From: Octopus vulgaris
Taxonomy: Eukaryota
Length of the DNA stretch: 64,000 nt
Assembly (NCBI GenBank): GCA_951406725.2
Contig: OX597818.1
Span: 67,456,001-67,520,000, forward strand
Direction: 5' to 3'
The translations under genes and the position numbers were made by a program. Under the pieces are notes generated by a model. It was not told where the DNA came from. It saw nothing but the letters and a program-made list of their open reading frames with translations, and did not search any database. This document shows, in pieces, positions 1 to 12,720 of this stretch. Numbering within the stretch: position 1 is the first letter of the stretch; each line of letters opens with the position of its first letter.

Positions 1-287
1 TGTGTACCTTTAGCGTGGTTCTCGGTGAGACTCAATGTGACACAGTGTGACACAGTGTATGACAAGGCTAACTCTTTGAAATACAAGTACAACTGAAACA
101 CGAGGAGATAGTGAGAGAAATTTGTGGTGAAAGACTACGTCACGGTTCGCCACCACCCCTTGCCGGAATCTCGTGGAGCTTAAGGTTTTCGCTCAATAAA
201 CACTCACAACGCCCTGTCTGGGAATCGAAACCGCGACCCTACGACCGCGTGTCCGCCACCCTAACCACTGAGCCATTGCGCCTTCAC
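1..287 (-). mobile_element. tRNA-derived SINE, family A (3' end beyond window edge)
   Basis: Minus-strand head with A-box-like TGGCTCAGTGG and B-box-like GGTTTCGATTCC; body matches copies at 19343, 31500, 43523 and 48945. Confidence 0.85.
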
Positions 288-314
288 ATTAGTTTAGTAT
301 ATTTGTTCTAGTAA

Positions 315-830
315 GATAAGCCTTCAGCCACCGTCTCTCTTCCGCAGATACATTCTACCAATATGTTTTCAGATGGTGCATTTTGCCCATTGTTAGTTTT
401 TTGTGTGTTTCAGTATCCGGTTCTTTTTTCAGATTGTTAACTGCACAGTTGATGATTTTGACGGCAGAGTTATAACTGCTACTGCCCGTGTGCTGATGGC
501 TTCAGAATTGTTAACAACATTCACTTTATTCGGGAGAACCATCCTGATATTTAGGTAATTCCTTTTGAAAAACGTATTCTTTCATTAAATAGTTTTTTCC
601 TTCCATCATTCCGTCATCTTCATTGACACTAGGATATTTGTCGGGGCCTTTGATTCTTCGACGGCGGAGAAATTTTATAGCAATTTTCCATGTTTGATAG
701 TGAATTTGCAAGTTTATCTAGAACAAACTCTATACCTATATCATGACTGGATGTCTTTACTCTGTTCAGGTCTCTCTGCACGAATGCCAGTGAGTTTAAT
801 AAGAAGTGCTTCGTCGATAGCATCGATGCC
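315..830 (-). pseudogene. Highly decayed R4/Dong-like reverse transcriptase fragment
   Basis: Frameshifted minus-strand peptides match the RT C-terminal half of the element at 3662-5482: SHDIGIEFVLDKLA (vs SNDIGMDFGLDKCA), KYPSVNEDDGM (vs KYLGINEGDGI), RMYLRKRDGG (vs RLYLPRSSGG). Confidence 0.65.
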
Positions 831-834
831 ACGA

Positions 835-981
835 CTAGACTGGAGCATTATTTTTCGACCGTGAAAGGAGGCAAGTCAAAATTGACCTGGGCGAAATTTC
901 GATTCCAAAAGTTAACACGTGGAACAAATATTCTAACGTATTTTGTCCAACGCTGTAACGCTTCGGCCAGCTCACCGTCTT
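835..981 (-). mobile_element. SINE family C, diverged copy
   Basis: Reverse complement resembles the family C head GGCGGCGAGCTGGC and the GTCGACTTTGCCTTTCATCC core. Confidence 0.65.
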
Positions 982-991
982 TGACCGGTTG

Positions 992-1055
<64 letters not shown>
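992..1055 (+). repeat. (AAT)n microsatellite, 5' flank and likely target of the Dong-like element
   Basis: Perfect trinucleotide run seen directly. Confidence 0.95.
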
Positions 1056-4000
1056 GGATGTTCCCTGGGAGCCTCTCTCCAAAAAACGAATTTAATCCAA
1101 CAACATCGTTGCAATGGAAGAAAGGTTCCACAAAATATATTTTCCAAACTTTCTTTTAAGGCAAAGTAACCAAAAAAGTCCGAACTATTATTGCCATATA
1201 TAGTATGGTTTTCTTTCTTTTATGCATAATAATTCCATGTGACATGCATAAGAAATAGAAGCGAACATCAGAGCTCTTGAAAGACAGTAAGTACATAAAT
1301 TAATTAATTAATTAATTAATTAAATAAGTATACATGCAACTGTTTATGCATACACGTAGACATTTTAATTGTAAAGTATACATGCAACTGTTTGTGCATA
1401 CATGTACACATTTTAATTATAAAGCATAAATAATGCATACACGCGCTCACACGTACACACAGAAAAAAAAACCACGTTACGCGGACGAAAACAAAACAAA
1501 AACAAAGCGATTTTTCACGAACAAACGCAAAAAAGAGCAAATTGGTCACTGAATTTAGAAAGTCACTGAACAGTTATGCCCGGAAACATGACTACCAAAA
1601 TAAATAGAGGCGAATTTCGATCTGTAAGTCTTATGCGAGTTCGATATGAACAATATATTAATTCGGAGAATTCAGAAGCGGTGTCTTGTCAAAAAATTGA
1701 CCCTGTACAAACACTCCCTTCTTCTAACGACACCGTCACAGAGGCGGCGTCTTGTCAAAAAGTTGACTCTGAAAAAATGGACCCCTCTGATGTCGCCGTC
1801 AATCATTTAATGAAAACAAGCCAAAAATCATGCCGGATCGGTCATCGCCCGGGACAACAAGGACCGCGTTACCCAGTAGGGAACCAGACTGGGGTCGAAA
1901 AGTTTGCTGCTGGAACAAACTCTCAAAAAGACGATCTACCAGGTGACCAGAACCAGAATACTTCTAACTCTGGACTTGTAGTGACACCACCAAAAACACC
2001 ACCTAAAGCAAAACGTATAAAATGGACCAGAGAGGACTATAGAGATGTGTTGAAAGCTTTTTATACAGCCCAACTAAACCCAAGTAATAACCTCAGTGTA
2101 CAAACATACATCTCATGGAGACATTCAGTAGGCAATGACGTACGTAGATATATAGACGCAAATAAATTAAGTAATGTACGCAGAGATATAATTAAAAACA
2201 AAAGACTAACTGACGCTGAAATTGACAAAATTAGGACACTGATAGCTCATGGTAGACCAAAAGAAAACAGCAACAATGTAGACAAAATAGGTAACAGTAG
2301 CACAGAAGCCAGTGTACAAGCGGCAAATCAACTTCCCAATGGGGAAGTTAAACAAAGAATAGCGAAGACGAGAGATTTGAAAACAGAGGAGAACGTAGAC
2401 CTTCCTCAAGAAAACCAAAATAGATATGACATAGAATTTGAGGTGAATAATAGAGAAAAGATTATGGAAGCAAAAGTGGACATTATGAGAGAACTCGGCA
2501 AGATTGAGCTCACTGAGATGGTTAATAGAGAACCACTACCAAAGTTTTCAAATGGCACAAGAAATAACAACACAATCATGACATATAACGTTGCCCTAGG
2601 ACAGATCTTAAGAAATACGGGGAATGATTTGATAACCTTAAATAATCTCATTTATTCCACTGCTAAAGTAGTAACTACCCAACTAGGTATTAAGATGACA
2701 AAGAAAAAGGCCAGGCATGTCAATGAACCTCCTAAGTGGAAAGTAGCGATACAAAAAGAGATTGAATCTCTGCGGGCGGATGTTTCAGTTCTCGATGAGC
2801 TTGCTAGAGGAGTGAATATTAAGCCGAGAAAAGCTAGAAAAATCAAGCAAAAATATAAAATCAAAGATCTCATAAACCTCCCTGCAACTAAGGAACTGTT
2901 GAAACAACGGATACAGTTGAAAGCTCAACGGCTTAGAAGGTATGACAAAAGAAACAAATTTTATCGACAAAATAAATTTTTTTAAGACAGATGCAAAGAA
3001 ATTTTATTGGGAAATTGGCAAAAATAAAATACACATAGAAGATCCACCTAAGATTGAGGAAGTGGAGGAGTTCTGGAAGAAGGTATGGAGCAACGAAAAA
3101 GCGTTTAATGCTGAGGCTGACTGGATAGAACGTGAGAAAGAGAGACTGGATGAACTTGAAGAACAGAAATGGGAAGCAATAGGAATAGAGGAGCTAAGGT
3201 GTGTCCTTAGGAAGGCTCATAAATGGAAAACCCCAGGACTGGATCGGATCCCTAACTTCTGGCTGAATTGTTTGACAGAGGTACACGAACATCTCGCTGC
3301 ATCTCTGTCTGATGTCATTCAGAACCCAGAGCAAATACCTGCTTGGCTGACTGAAGGAACCACCTACCTATTACCTAAAACCGAAGACACAAAAAACCCA
3401 AAGAATTACCGGCCAATAACATGTCTCAACACCACCTACAAAATCCTCACATCCATAATAACGGAGAGAATGTACGCTTTCCTTGAACAAAATTCTATCC
3501 TTCCACAAGCTCAAAAAGGTTGTAAAAGAAACTCTTATGAGTGCAAAGACCAATTGCTCATAAACAGAATGATTGTAGAGAATTACCGGAGCAAAAACAA
3601 AAACCTGAGTATGGCATGGATAGACTACAGGAAAGCGTATGACAGTGTCCCACATAAATGAATACTCAAGGCCCTTGAGATATACAAGATCTCTCCTGTC
3701 GTCTCAAAATTCTTAGAGAATAGCATGACCATGTGGAACACACGTCTCTTTTTAAGCCATAGTAATGGAATGAGCCAGTCCAACAGCATCAACATCAAAC
3801 GAGGCATCTTTCAAGGTGACTCCCTCTCTCCATTACTTTTTTGCATGGCACTGATCCCACTCTCAAACGAATTGGATAGTACTAGATATGGGTACAAAGT
3901 TTTTAGTAAATTAATAAACCATCTTTTCTATATGGACGACCTAAAGCTGTTTGCCAGGAATGACCAAGAGCTAGAAGGGCTGCTAACAACTGTTAAAGAG

Positions 4001-5637
4001 TTTAGCAATGATATCGGAATGGATTTTGGCCTTGATAAGTGTGCTAAAGCAACTTTTGTAAGAGGCAAGCTCAGGCAAACAGCTTCTGTTAAGTTAGATA
4101 TTGACACTACCATCAAGGAACTTGACCCACAGGAAAGTTACAAATACCTAGGAATCAACGAAGGAGATGGTATACATCATGCTACTATGAAGGAAAAAAT
4201 AAGAAAGGAATACTATAGGAGAATAAGACTTGTACTGAAGACTGAGCTCAACTCCAAAAATTGCATTGAGGCCATTAACACCCTGGCACTTCCAGTAGTC
4301 CAGTACAGTTTTAATATCATTAACTGGAACCTTACGGAACTCCAACGCTTAGACAGGAAGACAAGAAAGTTACTGACATCCAGGAGCATGCACCACCCTA
4401 AGGCAGATGTAGACCGCTTGTACCTACCTAGAAGCAGCGGGGGGAGAGGAATGATGCAATTAGAGCTGTGCTATAAGACCTCTACTGTAGGAATGAACAT
4501 GTACCTATCTAGTACAAAGGACTGGATGCTGCGACTTGTGCGCGAACACGAAAGCAGCAAAAAGCTGCATTCTATTGTCAAGGAAGCTTATAAGTTCGAA
4601 AGGGAACTAGACATTAACCTTGAATCAGATGAAGAGCCGGAAACCACTGCTACCAAGCAAGCAAAGCGAATCAAGCAGACTGCAAAAAAGAACGGGCAGA
4701 ATCAAATTGAGAGGCGGTGGAGCCAGAAGCCCCTGCATGGACAATATATTCTCCGAAGCCAAAATGCTGATGTAGACCAAGCAACAACCCATCAGTGGCT
4801 GAAGAGCTCTGGATTGAAAGCAGAGACTGAAGGTTTCATAATGGCAGCACAAGATCAAAGCTTGTTTACCAGAAATTACCAGGCTAACGTTCTCCGAAAC
4901 GGTACTGACCCTAAATGCAGATTCTGCGACACATTTGACGAAACGATAGACCATCTCGTTTCGGGATGTCCTGTGCTGACACCAAACGAATACAAAAATT
5001 GCCACGATAGGGTAGGACAGTATATACATTGGAAGATATGTAAACACTACAAATCCGACACTCCTGCTAACTGGTACGAACACCATCCTCAGCCAGTTGT
5101 TGAAGGTAAAGATGTCACCATCCTCTGGGATTTTCCAGTCAACACTGACAGAACGATCAAGGCTAATCGACCAGACATAATTGTTAAGGACAGGGAAGAA
5201 AATACCTGCAGACTAATAGAAGTAAGCGTCCCCACTGATAAAAATGTATCTGTCAAGGAATTTGACAAACTTAGTAAATATAAGGACCTGGAAATCGAAA
5301 TACAGAGGATGTGGAATCTTAAAACAAAAACTGTTCCTGTTATTGTAGGTGCCCTAGGTATGATAAAAAAGGGATGTCAGAAACACCTAGACAATATCCC
5401 TGGAAAACCATGTCTCAAGGAAATCCAAAAAATTGTGCTAACAAGTACTGCCCACATCCTTAGAAAAACCCTATCAATGTAAATGTCTGTGTTTGCATTA
5501 CATGGAGATATATCTCTACTTCCCCTCCCCAAGCTTTCAGCTGTATTTCAACAACTCTTAACCTTCACTTGCCCTAGGGCGCTGGGTGTGCCCCGGCAGG
5601 TGATTGCATCAAACATGCAGATTAAAAGTAAATGACA
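1056..5637 (+). mobile_element. R4/Dong-clade non-LTR retrotransposon (single ORF, RT plus restriction-like endonuclease), near full length
   Basis: Flanked on both sides by (AAT)n. RT motifs: PGLD, KNYRPITCL, WIDYRKAYDSVPH, GIFQGDSLSP, YMDD (3929-3940), YKYLG. C-terminal CCHC (CRFC..HLVSGC) and RLE motifs HDRV, RPDI, IEVSVP, KLSKY. Dong elements are known to target (TAA)n. Confidence 0.93.
1576..5482 (+). pseudogene. Retrotransposon polyprotein ORF (~1300 aa if repaired), broken by a +1 frameshift in the T7 run at 2977-2983 and a TGA at 3659-3661
   Basis: ORFs 1576-2985, 2942-3661 and 3725-5482 join into one ORF on deleting one T (NKFFKTD) and reading the TGA as Trp (VPHK*ILKAL). Confidence 0.88.
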
Positions 5638-5661
5638 ATGATAATAATAATAATAATAATA

Positions 5662-6210
<549 letters not shown>

Positions 6211-7267
6211 GTTTCAGATTGAAACACAAAGCTAGCAAATTTGATGGGAGGCATATCGTCGATAATATTGAACCCAATATTTCGCGAATACTTTACTTGA
6301 TACTCTCTGAATTGATGAAACGTGAACATTTGAACCGGAACAAATACGGCAACACATACTTCGTGACGCTTAATTTATTCTCTCCGTTCTTGGCTTTCGA
6401 CCTAGCAATAAAAATAAACATAATCAAATATTCTGATAAACCCTCTAACTATGTTCATTTGGTCTATAATCAAAATAAAAAATATCAGAATCGCATGATT
6501 ATATTATACGTTAAAGATTGAAATGAAGCGGTCAAGATGTTGGAAACCTTAACATATTCCGTGTCTGACATTCTGAGATTTCCTAAGAAATGCAACATAC
6601 ACTGATTCTAGATAAATCTGTGGAGAAATGACAAAAGATTGCAAAAATTGTCGAAGCAATCGGTGTAGTAGTGAAAACGTTGAAGGTAGAGTAAATGTTT
6701 GAATAATTGAATGTTGAATATAAGGTTCATAACAGACTCTTTTATTCAGAAATATTTTAAAGTTTATAATGGTTTCCTCATTATCAATTCAGCTATATTA
6801 ATAATTTACTACAGTAAAAGCTTGGGAGTTATAAAATTCACTTTGAAACAATATACAATAAAAGATCAAGCCATCGAAAACATTAATATACGACAAAAGA
6901 ACACAAAGAAAATTTCAAAATAAAGCTCAGGTAGCAACAATGTTTTTAAAAGAAAAGGAAGGAAAACAATAAAACTACATAATTGTAAATCTGTTTTGGT
7001 AGAGTCCTGTGATTTCCAAATCCATAATTTTAATGCAAGAATCTCCTTCACAAAATCCTTTTACATTGTTTTGTCAATAATTTAATTCAAAGATAATATA
7101 ATGACGATCAATTATTTGGCTTGGAAGTACATAAAGAATAATTATTAACAATAGGAGGAGGATAACAGTTACATGCACAGGTAAATAGATGAAGGCGTCT
7201 ATGTATCTGTATATGCGCGTAAATGTGTGCTCCAGTATGTAACACTGAATATAGGTATGTGCTGTAG

Positions 7268-7488
7268 ATACACACACACATAGACACACACACACACACA
7301 CACACCTATATATATATATATAAACATATATGTATATTTATGCATATATAAACATATATATATATATGTACACCAAGATGGATATATATATATATATATA
7401 TATGCATATATGCGTATATATGTATATATAAATCAGACTATATGATTACATATATGTGTGTGCATAAATACATGCATACGCACGCAGG

Positions 7489-7536
<48 letters not shown>

Positions 7537-7863
7537 AAAGAGGTGGATATGGATGTTATTGTGAGTTTGGAAATGAATTCACTCAGACCAAGTGTATACG
7601 TGTGCGCTTCTGTATGTGTATGATTTCGCGTGAATATATGCATACATACAAGCACATAGAAGCATGTGTATATATGCGACTTTACGTAAGTATGTATGTA
7701 TGTATGTCTATACATATATGTATATATATATATACACGCACATATATACATACATACACACACTCACCTACACACACCATTATATACACACACACACACT
7801 CACACACACACATATATATATATATATACATACATACACACACTCACCTACACACACCATTAT

Positions 7864-7900
<37 letters not shown>

Positions 7901-7945
7901 CATAGATACACACACACACATACGCGCGCGCACACACGCACACAT
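7268..7945. repeat. Compound (CA)n/(TA)n/(GA)n microsatellite region with a local ~50-bp duplication
   Basis: Dinucleotide runs; CACACACTCACCTACACACACCATTATA occurs at ~7757 and ~7837. Confidence 0.85.
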
Positions 7946-8918
7946 CACTCGTTCCGGCCTCAATGTGTTCCGAATCTTCAGATGTTGTAAAGAAATAAGC
8001 GCAACTTTGCATCGTCTCCTCTCAGAATCTCCATTTTATTATTTTATAATTACTCAATATACTGTATAGCAGATCTTTAATACTATGTTACGCTGAGTTT
8101 TAATCATTCATAACTGGAATTTATTAGAATAGTCTTTGGTGTTTAGACTTTTTGAAAGTTTGTTATATCTGTAATGTAGTTTTAATTTTTAACAAAAGTT
8201 TTAGCATTTATTATACTCATTAAACAATAGCATTGAAATATGTCTGACTTTTTTTTTCATCATATTTTGGTTTATTTGTTGACTAGTTCCATCCTTCTCA
8301 TATTTTCATGATTTAATTTTTTAGTATTTTTGTTTCTTATTTTAAAGCAGAATATCATCCTACACCAAAACAGGTAAAAATATATGAATAAATAAATAAT
8401 ATACACGAAAAAGTGATATAATTAAAATTTTCCAGAAAATATCACTTCCATCTTCACATAAAATACGATAATATTCAAGTGTTATTTATTAATTTTATTT
8501 AAAAATATTCAATTCACTTTCTGTTTGTCTTTCTTTTTTTTTTTGCTGTTGCTTTGTTTTTTTTTTATAATTCTGTGAACATTTACTTTTTGTATTTTTG
8601 CAACAAAATTAATCTTCTTCAATAATAATTATAGTGTGTTAATAATTATAGATTTTTACCCACTAATGACTATAAAGATTGTGATATTATATTATATTAC
8701 AATTTATTATTATTATTATTATTATTATTGTTATTGTTGTTGCTTGTTATTGTTATTATTACTATCTTCATCATTATTATTACGTATATTTTTTATAGTA
8801 TAAAGATACATGCAGTCTAAGATATATTACTCAACAATGATGATTGTCGCAACAATAATGGCAAAACAAAGCTGGTTATTAAACAGTTATGTTATTCGTT
8901 GTATTATGTCTCATAGAT

Positions 8919-8994
<76 letters not shown>

Positions 8995-9017
8995 CATATA
9001 TATATATATATATATAG

Positions 9018-9230
9018 ATATACTTTATATAAAGCAGCAGAAAATTCAACAAAACTTGTTACTCTGAGTTTCCCGTTACCGTTCAAAAACTGTCCGATGA
9101 ACGGCAAAGGGAAACTCAGAGTAACAGGCTTTGTTGAATTTTCTGCTGCTTTAAATAAAGCATATTACTTTACCACTGGTATTTGAGTACTCCTTTTTCC
9201 ACCTTGTTTCACATTTATGTGTTTACTCCA

Positions 9231-9232
<2 letters not shown>
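9018..9232 (+). mobile_element. Fold-back element: ~67-bp inverted arms (9018-9085 / 9098-9165) containing a hammerhead-like motif
   Basis: The arms are near-perfect reverse complements. Plus strand reads CTGT-CCGATGA-ACGGCAAAGG-GAAA-CTCAGAG-TA-ACAG. Embedded in (TA)n. Confidence 0.7.
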
Positions 9233-9289
<57 letters not shown>

Positions 9290-9367
9290 AACATATATTC
9301 ATACATATACACACACATATATATATATATATATATACATACACATTTATATGTATGTATCTATATA

Positions 9368-9447
<80 letters not shown>

Positions 9448-10852
9448 TATATATGTGTGTGTATACGAATACATGTGTGATCTTAAATGAGATTCATCCA
9501 CCATACTGTAATTATACTGTAGCAAATTGACCATGACATTTCCACAGGCTCACGCTTTCTGTTACAAACATTACCGTGCCAAATGTATAAGGGGTTAATA
9601 TTTAAGGATCCCTTTTATTGAAAAACTTTAATAAACTGAAACAGGCACACAACTACATATTCGTACGTACACACGTTCACACACCCACAAACGCTGAAGC
9701 AATCAGTCATATATATTGTTTAGAATAGGTGCATGTATTTCACCTATGGATCTTATATATGCAAGTGTTCCTTCGACCTGGCTGAGGGGCATACTTTATC
9801 GTATTTGTGTTCTTCAAGAGTAGCCTGCCATTCTTTCCTACCACATCCTTCTTTTCTCCTTGAATACCCCGCTTAAATTCGAAATAATTATTATTCACAT
9901 CTTCATAACTTTATCCTAAAAACATTAAATTTCTATCGACATATTACAGGATTGTTACTAAAACTTCTGCTTTTGTGTTGCCTAGCTACAATACATACCT
10001 TACATATCTGTGTATGGTGCGCATGTCTGAACTAAGTGAATTATTAACAGCACACTTATAGCCAATCTTGCATTTCTTTCAGTAAATTTCATTGATTTTT
10101 GCAGTAATTCGATAAAGAATATTTCAATTGCAACAGTCATTATTCGACTTCTGTTTAAAACAGTTTTTAAAAATATTATAAACATTTTGATAATTTTAAA
10201 ACTCTATTTAATATCTAATTTCAATTTTCCTCGAATATTTATTGCGTTTCGTTTTGTTTCGTTTTACATTTGGTCGCGCCAAAAATTAGTATTTGTTACT
10301 AGTTTATGTTTTCTCCATAACACTAAATTGTTCTTGATATGATTTAACATGATTCTAATTGGGGAGACAACATGAAATACATTTTTATATTTTAGTTAAT
10401 TATATTTCATAATTAATACATGAAAAAATAAATATTATTTCTGCAACATTGTACTCGCTGATGAAAATTGATTTCACAGGAAATATTCTCCACAAAGCTT
10501 AACGGAGTTATGTTTCATGATATTCTTTAACATCATTATTGTTCTCATTAACGTGTGCCCACTTTTACAGATTTCTAATTCAGTTTTAGCAGTTTGAGAT
10601 ATTTCGTATATTTCTTCACAACGAGATTCACCATCATTTGGAGTTTGATACTTCTTTTTACTCTCTGTGATGTTATTTAAATATGCTTATTGAACGTAAT
10701 CTAACAATATTTCACGTTCACAGTACCTCTCGCTTTAATTTCCATGAACGTCATGGGAAAGTCAGGATAACCGAAATTAATGTACGTTTTATTTTCACAA
10801 TATATTTAGATTTATATATCTGCACCTATTTTTATAACTATGTAAACATATA

Positions 10853-10897
<45 letters not shown>

Positions 10898-11039
10898 TTG
10901 AATAATAACACCTATTATCAATTAAATTAGAACATTTTGAATCATTATGTATTATAGAAAGATTAAATATAAGAGAAAAGATACAACAATGATTACGTAA
11001 TGTGCAAAATAATAAATAAAACGTATATATTTGGTTGAA

Positions 11040-11122
11040 TAACGACACGTGTTTCGTGGCTATATTTAAGAAAGGATATTAGTAAAATCAATTCAATATA
11101 AATATAGCCACTTATCAGGTTA
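11040..11122 (-). ncRNA. Minimal type-I hammerhead ribozyme motif (G8->A variant core)
   Basis: Minus strand: stem I TAAC/GTTA; core CTGATAA; perfect 13-bp stem II GTGGCTATATTTA/TAAATATAGCCAC; GAAA; palindromic stem III ACACGTGT; cleavage triplet GUC. Confidence 0.8.
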
Positions 11123-11257
11123 AAGATAACAACAATAATAAAATGATTAATTAGATAACTTAATAAATATACGTAAATACTTTTGTAAAATACGAAGTAG
11201 CTTAATAAATATATTCTTGCTTAAAAAAGAAGATACAACTAATTAAAATATTAAAAT

Positions 11258-11340
<83 letters not shown>

Positions 11341-11489
11341 CAAAATATACATTAAGTGAAAATTAAATACTATAAATAAAACTATATACATTAATTTAAA
11401 TTATTGATTAATTACTTAATCGAATAAACATCGAAATAAAATCTTATACTTATTAAGTAATTTATATTACAACCCTTCATGGTAAGTGA

Positions 11490-12072
11490 TATACATTCCC
11501 TCCGCCTTTATATAACCTACCACAGCTGCATGGGATGGAATACACGCAGTCTTTGTTCATATTGTCTTCTATTGGTGGTTTTGCTCGAAGGAGATATTTG
11601 CGAAGCGTTGTATTACACTTGAATACTGTCCTGATGTCATATGGGCCTCCTATCTTTTGTATCTTTTCAGTGAGGCCTTTGAAATAGAGTAGACAGACTG
11701 TGGATAGTTTATTGGCCTCATCCTCTCTCTTTTCCAGAATTGGAGTGGAGAGTATGCTTTTGGGGTAGTTCTTGCTTAACAGATCGTTATTGAGCTTAAT
11801 CATTTCTTTGTGGTGTGTATCACGATCGATGCTTATATACTTTGCACGATGTTTTAGTCGCTGAGCAATCCCTCTCTTTACACTGTATGGATGGTGGGAA
11901 TTGAAGTTGAAGTATCGTACAGTGAAGGACGGCTTCCCGCAAGCCGATATACGGAAGTCCCGAATCCATACTTGGTGCGTGTTTTTATTACGTCCAGGAA
12001 TGCCAGGTGATTGTCTTTTTCCTTTTCTATTGTGAGCTGTATGGGTAGATTTATTGAGTTCACATATGACAC
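11490..12072 (-). pseudogene. Penelope-like element relic: RT C-terminus, linker and start of the GIY-YIG endonuclease
   Basis: IQLTIEKEKDNHLAFLDV..FGTSVYR; RYFNFNSHHPYSVKRGI; NYPKSIL; CVYSIPCSCGRLYKG (GIY..YIG-like). Frameshifted. Confidence 0.88.
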
Positions 12073-12188
12073 GAGGAGATATTGATAAATCGGGTATAGC
12101 TGAGCATGTATGGAAAAATGGTGACCCCTCCCCGTGGGATGAAGTTAAAAAAATAGACATAGTACACCACTGAAAAATTCGAAAATTA
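12066..12188 (+). pseudogene. Inverted fragment of the PLE GIY-YIG C-terminal region
   Basis: Plus strand reads TRGDIDKSGIAEHVWKNGD..PWDEVKKID..*KIRKL, matching the S-x-I-A-E-H..W pattern of PLE endonucleases; it abuts the minus-strand piece. Confidence 0.75.
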
Positions 12189-12299
12189 ATCTGCTTTCAA
12201 AAGAATGACTAGGAAGTATTTGCGGTTGTTTGTGTATGTATAGATGTTGGGGTAGATGATGCACAATATGTTTGTAGCACGAAGCTAGAGGTTATAAAT

Positions 12300-12720
12300 T
12301 TACTCTTTACTCTTTTACTCTTTTACTTGTTTCAGTCATTTGACTGCGGCCATGCTGGAGCACCGCCTTTAGTCGAGCAAATCGACCCCGGGACTTATTC
12401 TTTGTAAGCCCAGTACTTATTCTATCAGTCTCTTTTGCCGAACCGCTAAGTGACAGGGGACGTAAACACACCAGCATCGGTTGTCAAGCAATGCTAGGGA
12501 GACAAACACAGACACACAAACACATACACATATATATATATATATATAGATATATACGATAGGCTTCTTTCAGTTTCCGTCTACCAAATCCACTCACAAG
12601 GCATTGGTCGGCCCGGGGCTATAGCAGAAGACACTTGCCCAAGATGCCACGCAGTGGGACTGAACCCGGAACCATGTGGTTGGTTAGCAAGCTACTTACC
12701 ACACAGCCACTCCTGCGCCT
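12300..12720 (-). mobile_element. tRNA-derived SINE family B with internal (TA)n/(TG)n
   Basis: Head TGGCTGTGTGGTAAG..GGGTTCAGTCCC, CTTGGGCAAGTG segment and (GTAAAAGA)n-like tail; matches copies at 44136 and 47462. Confidence 0.9.
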
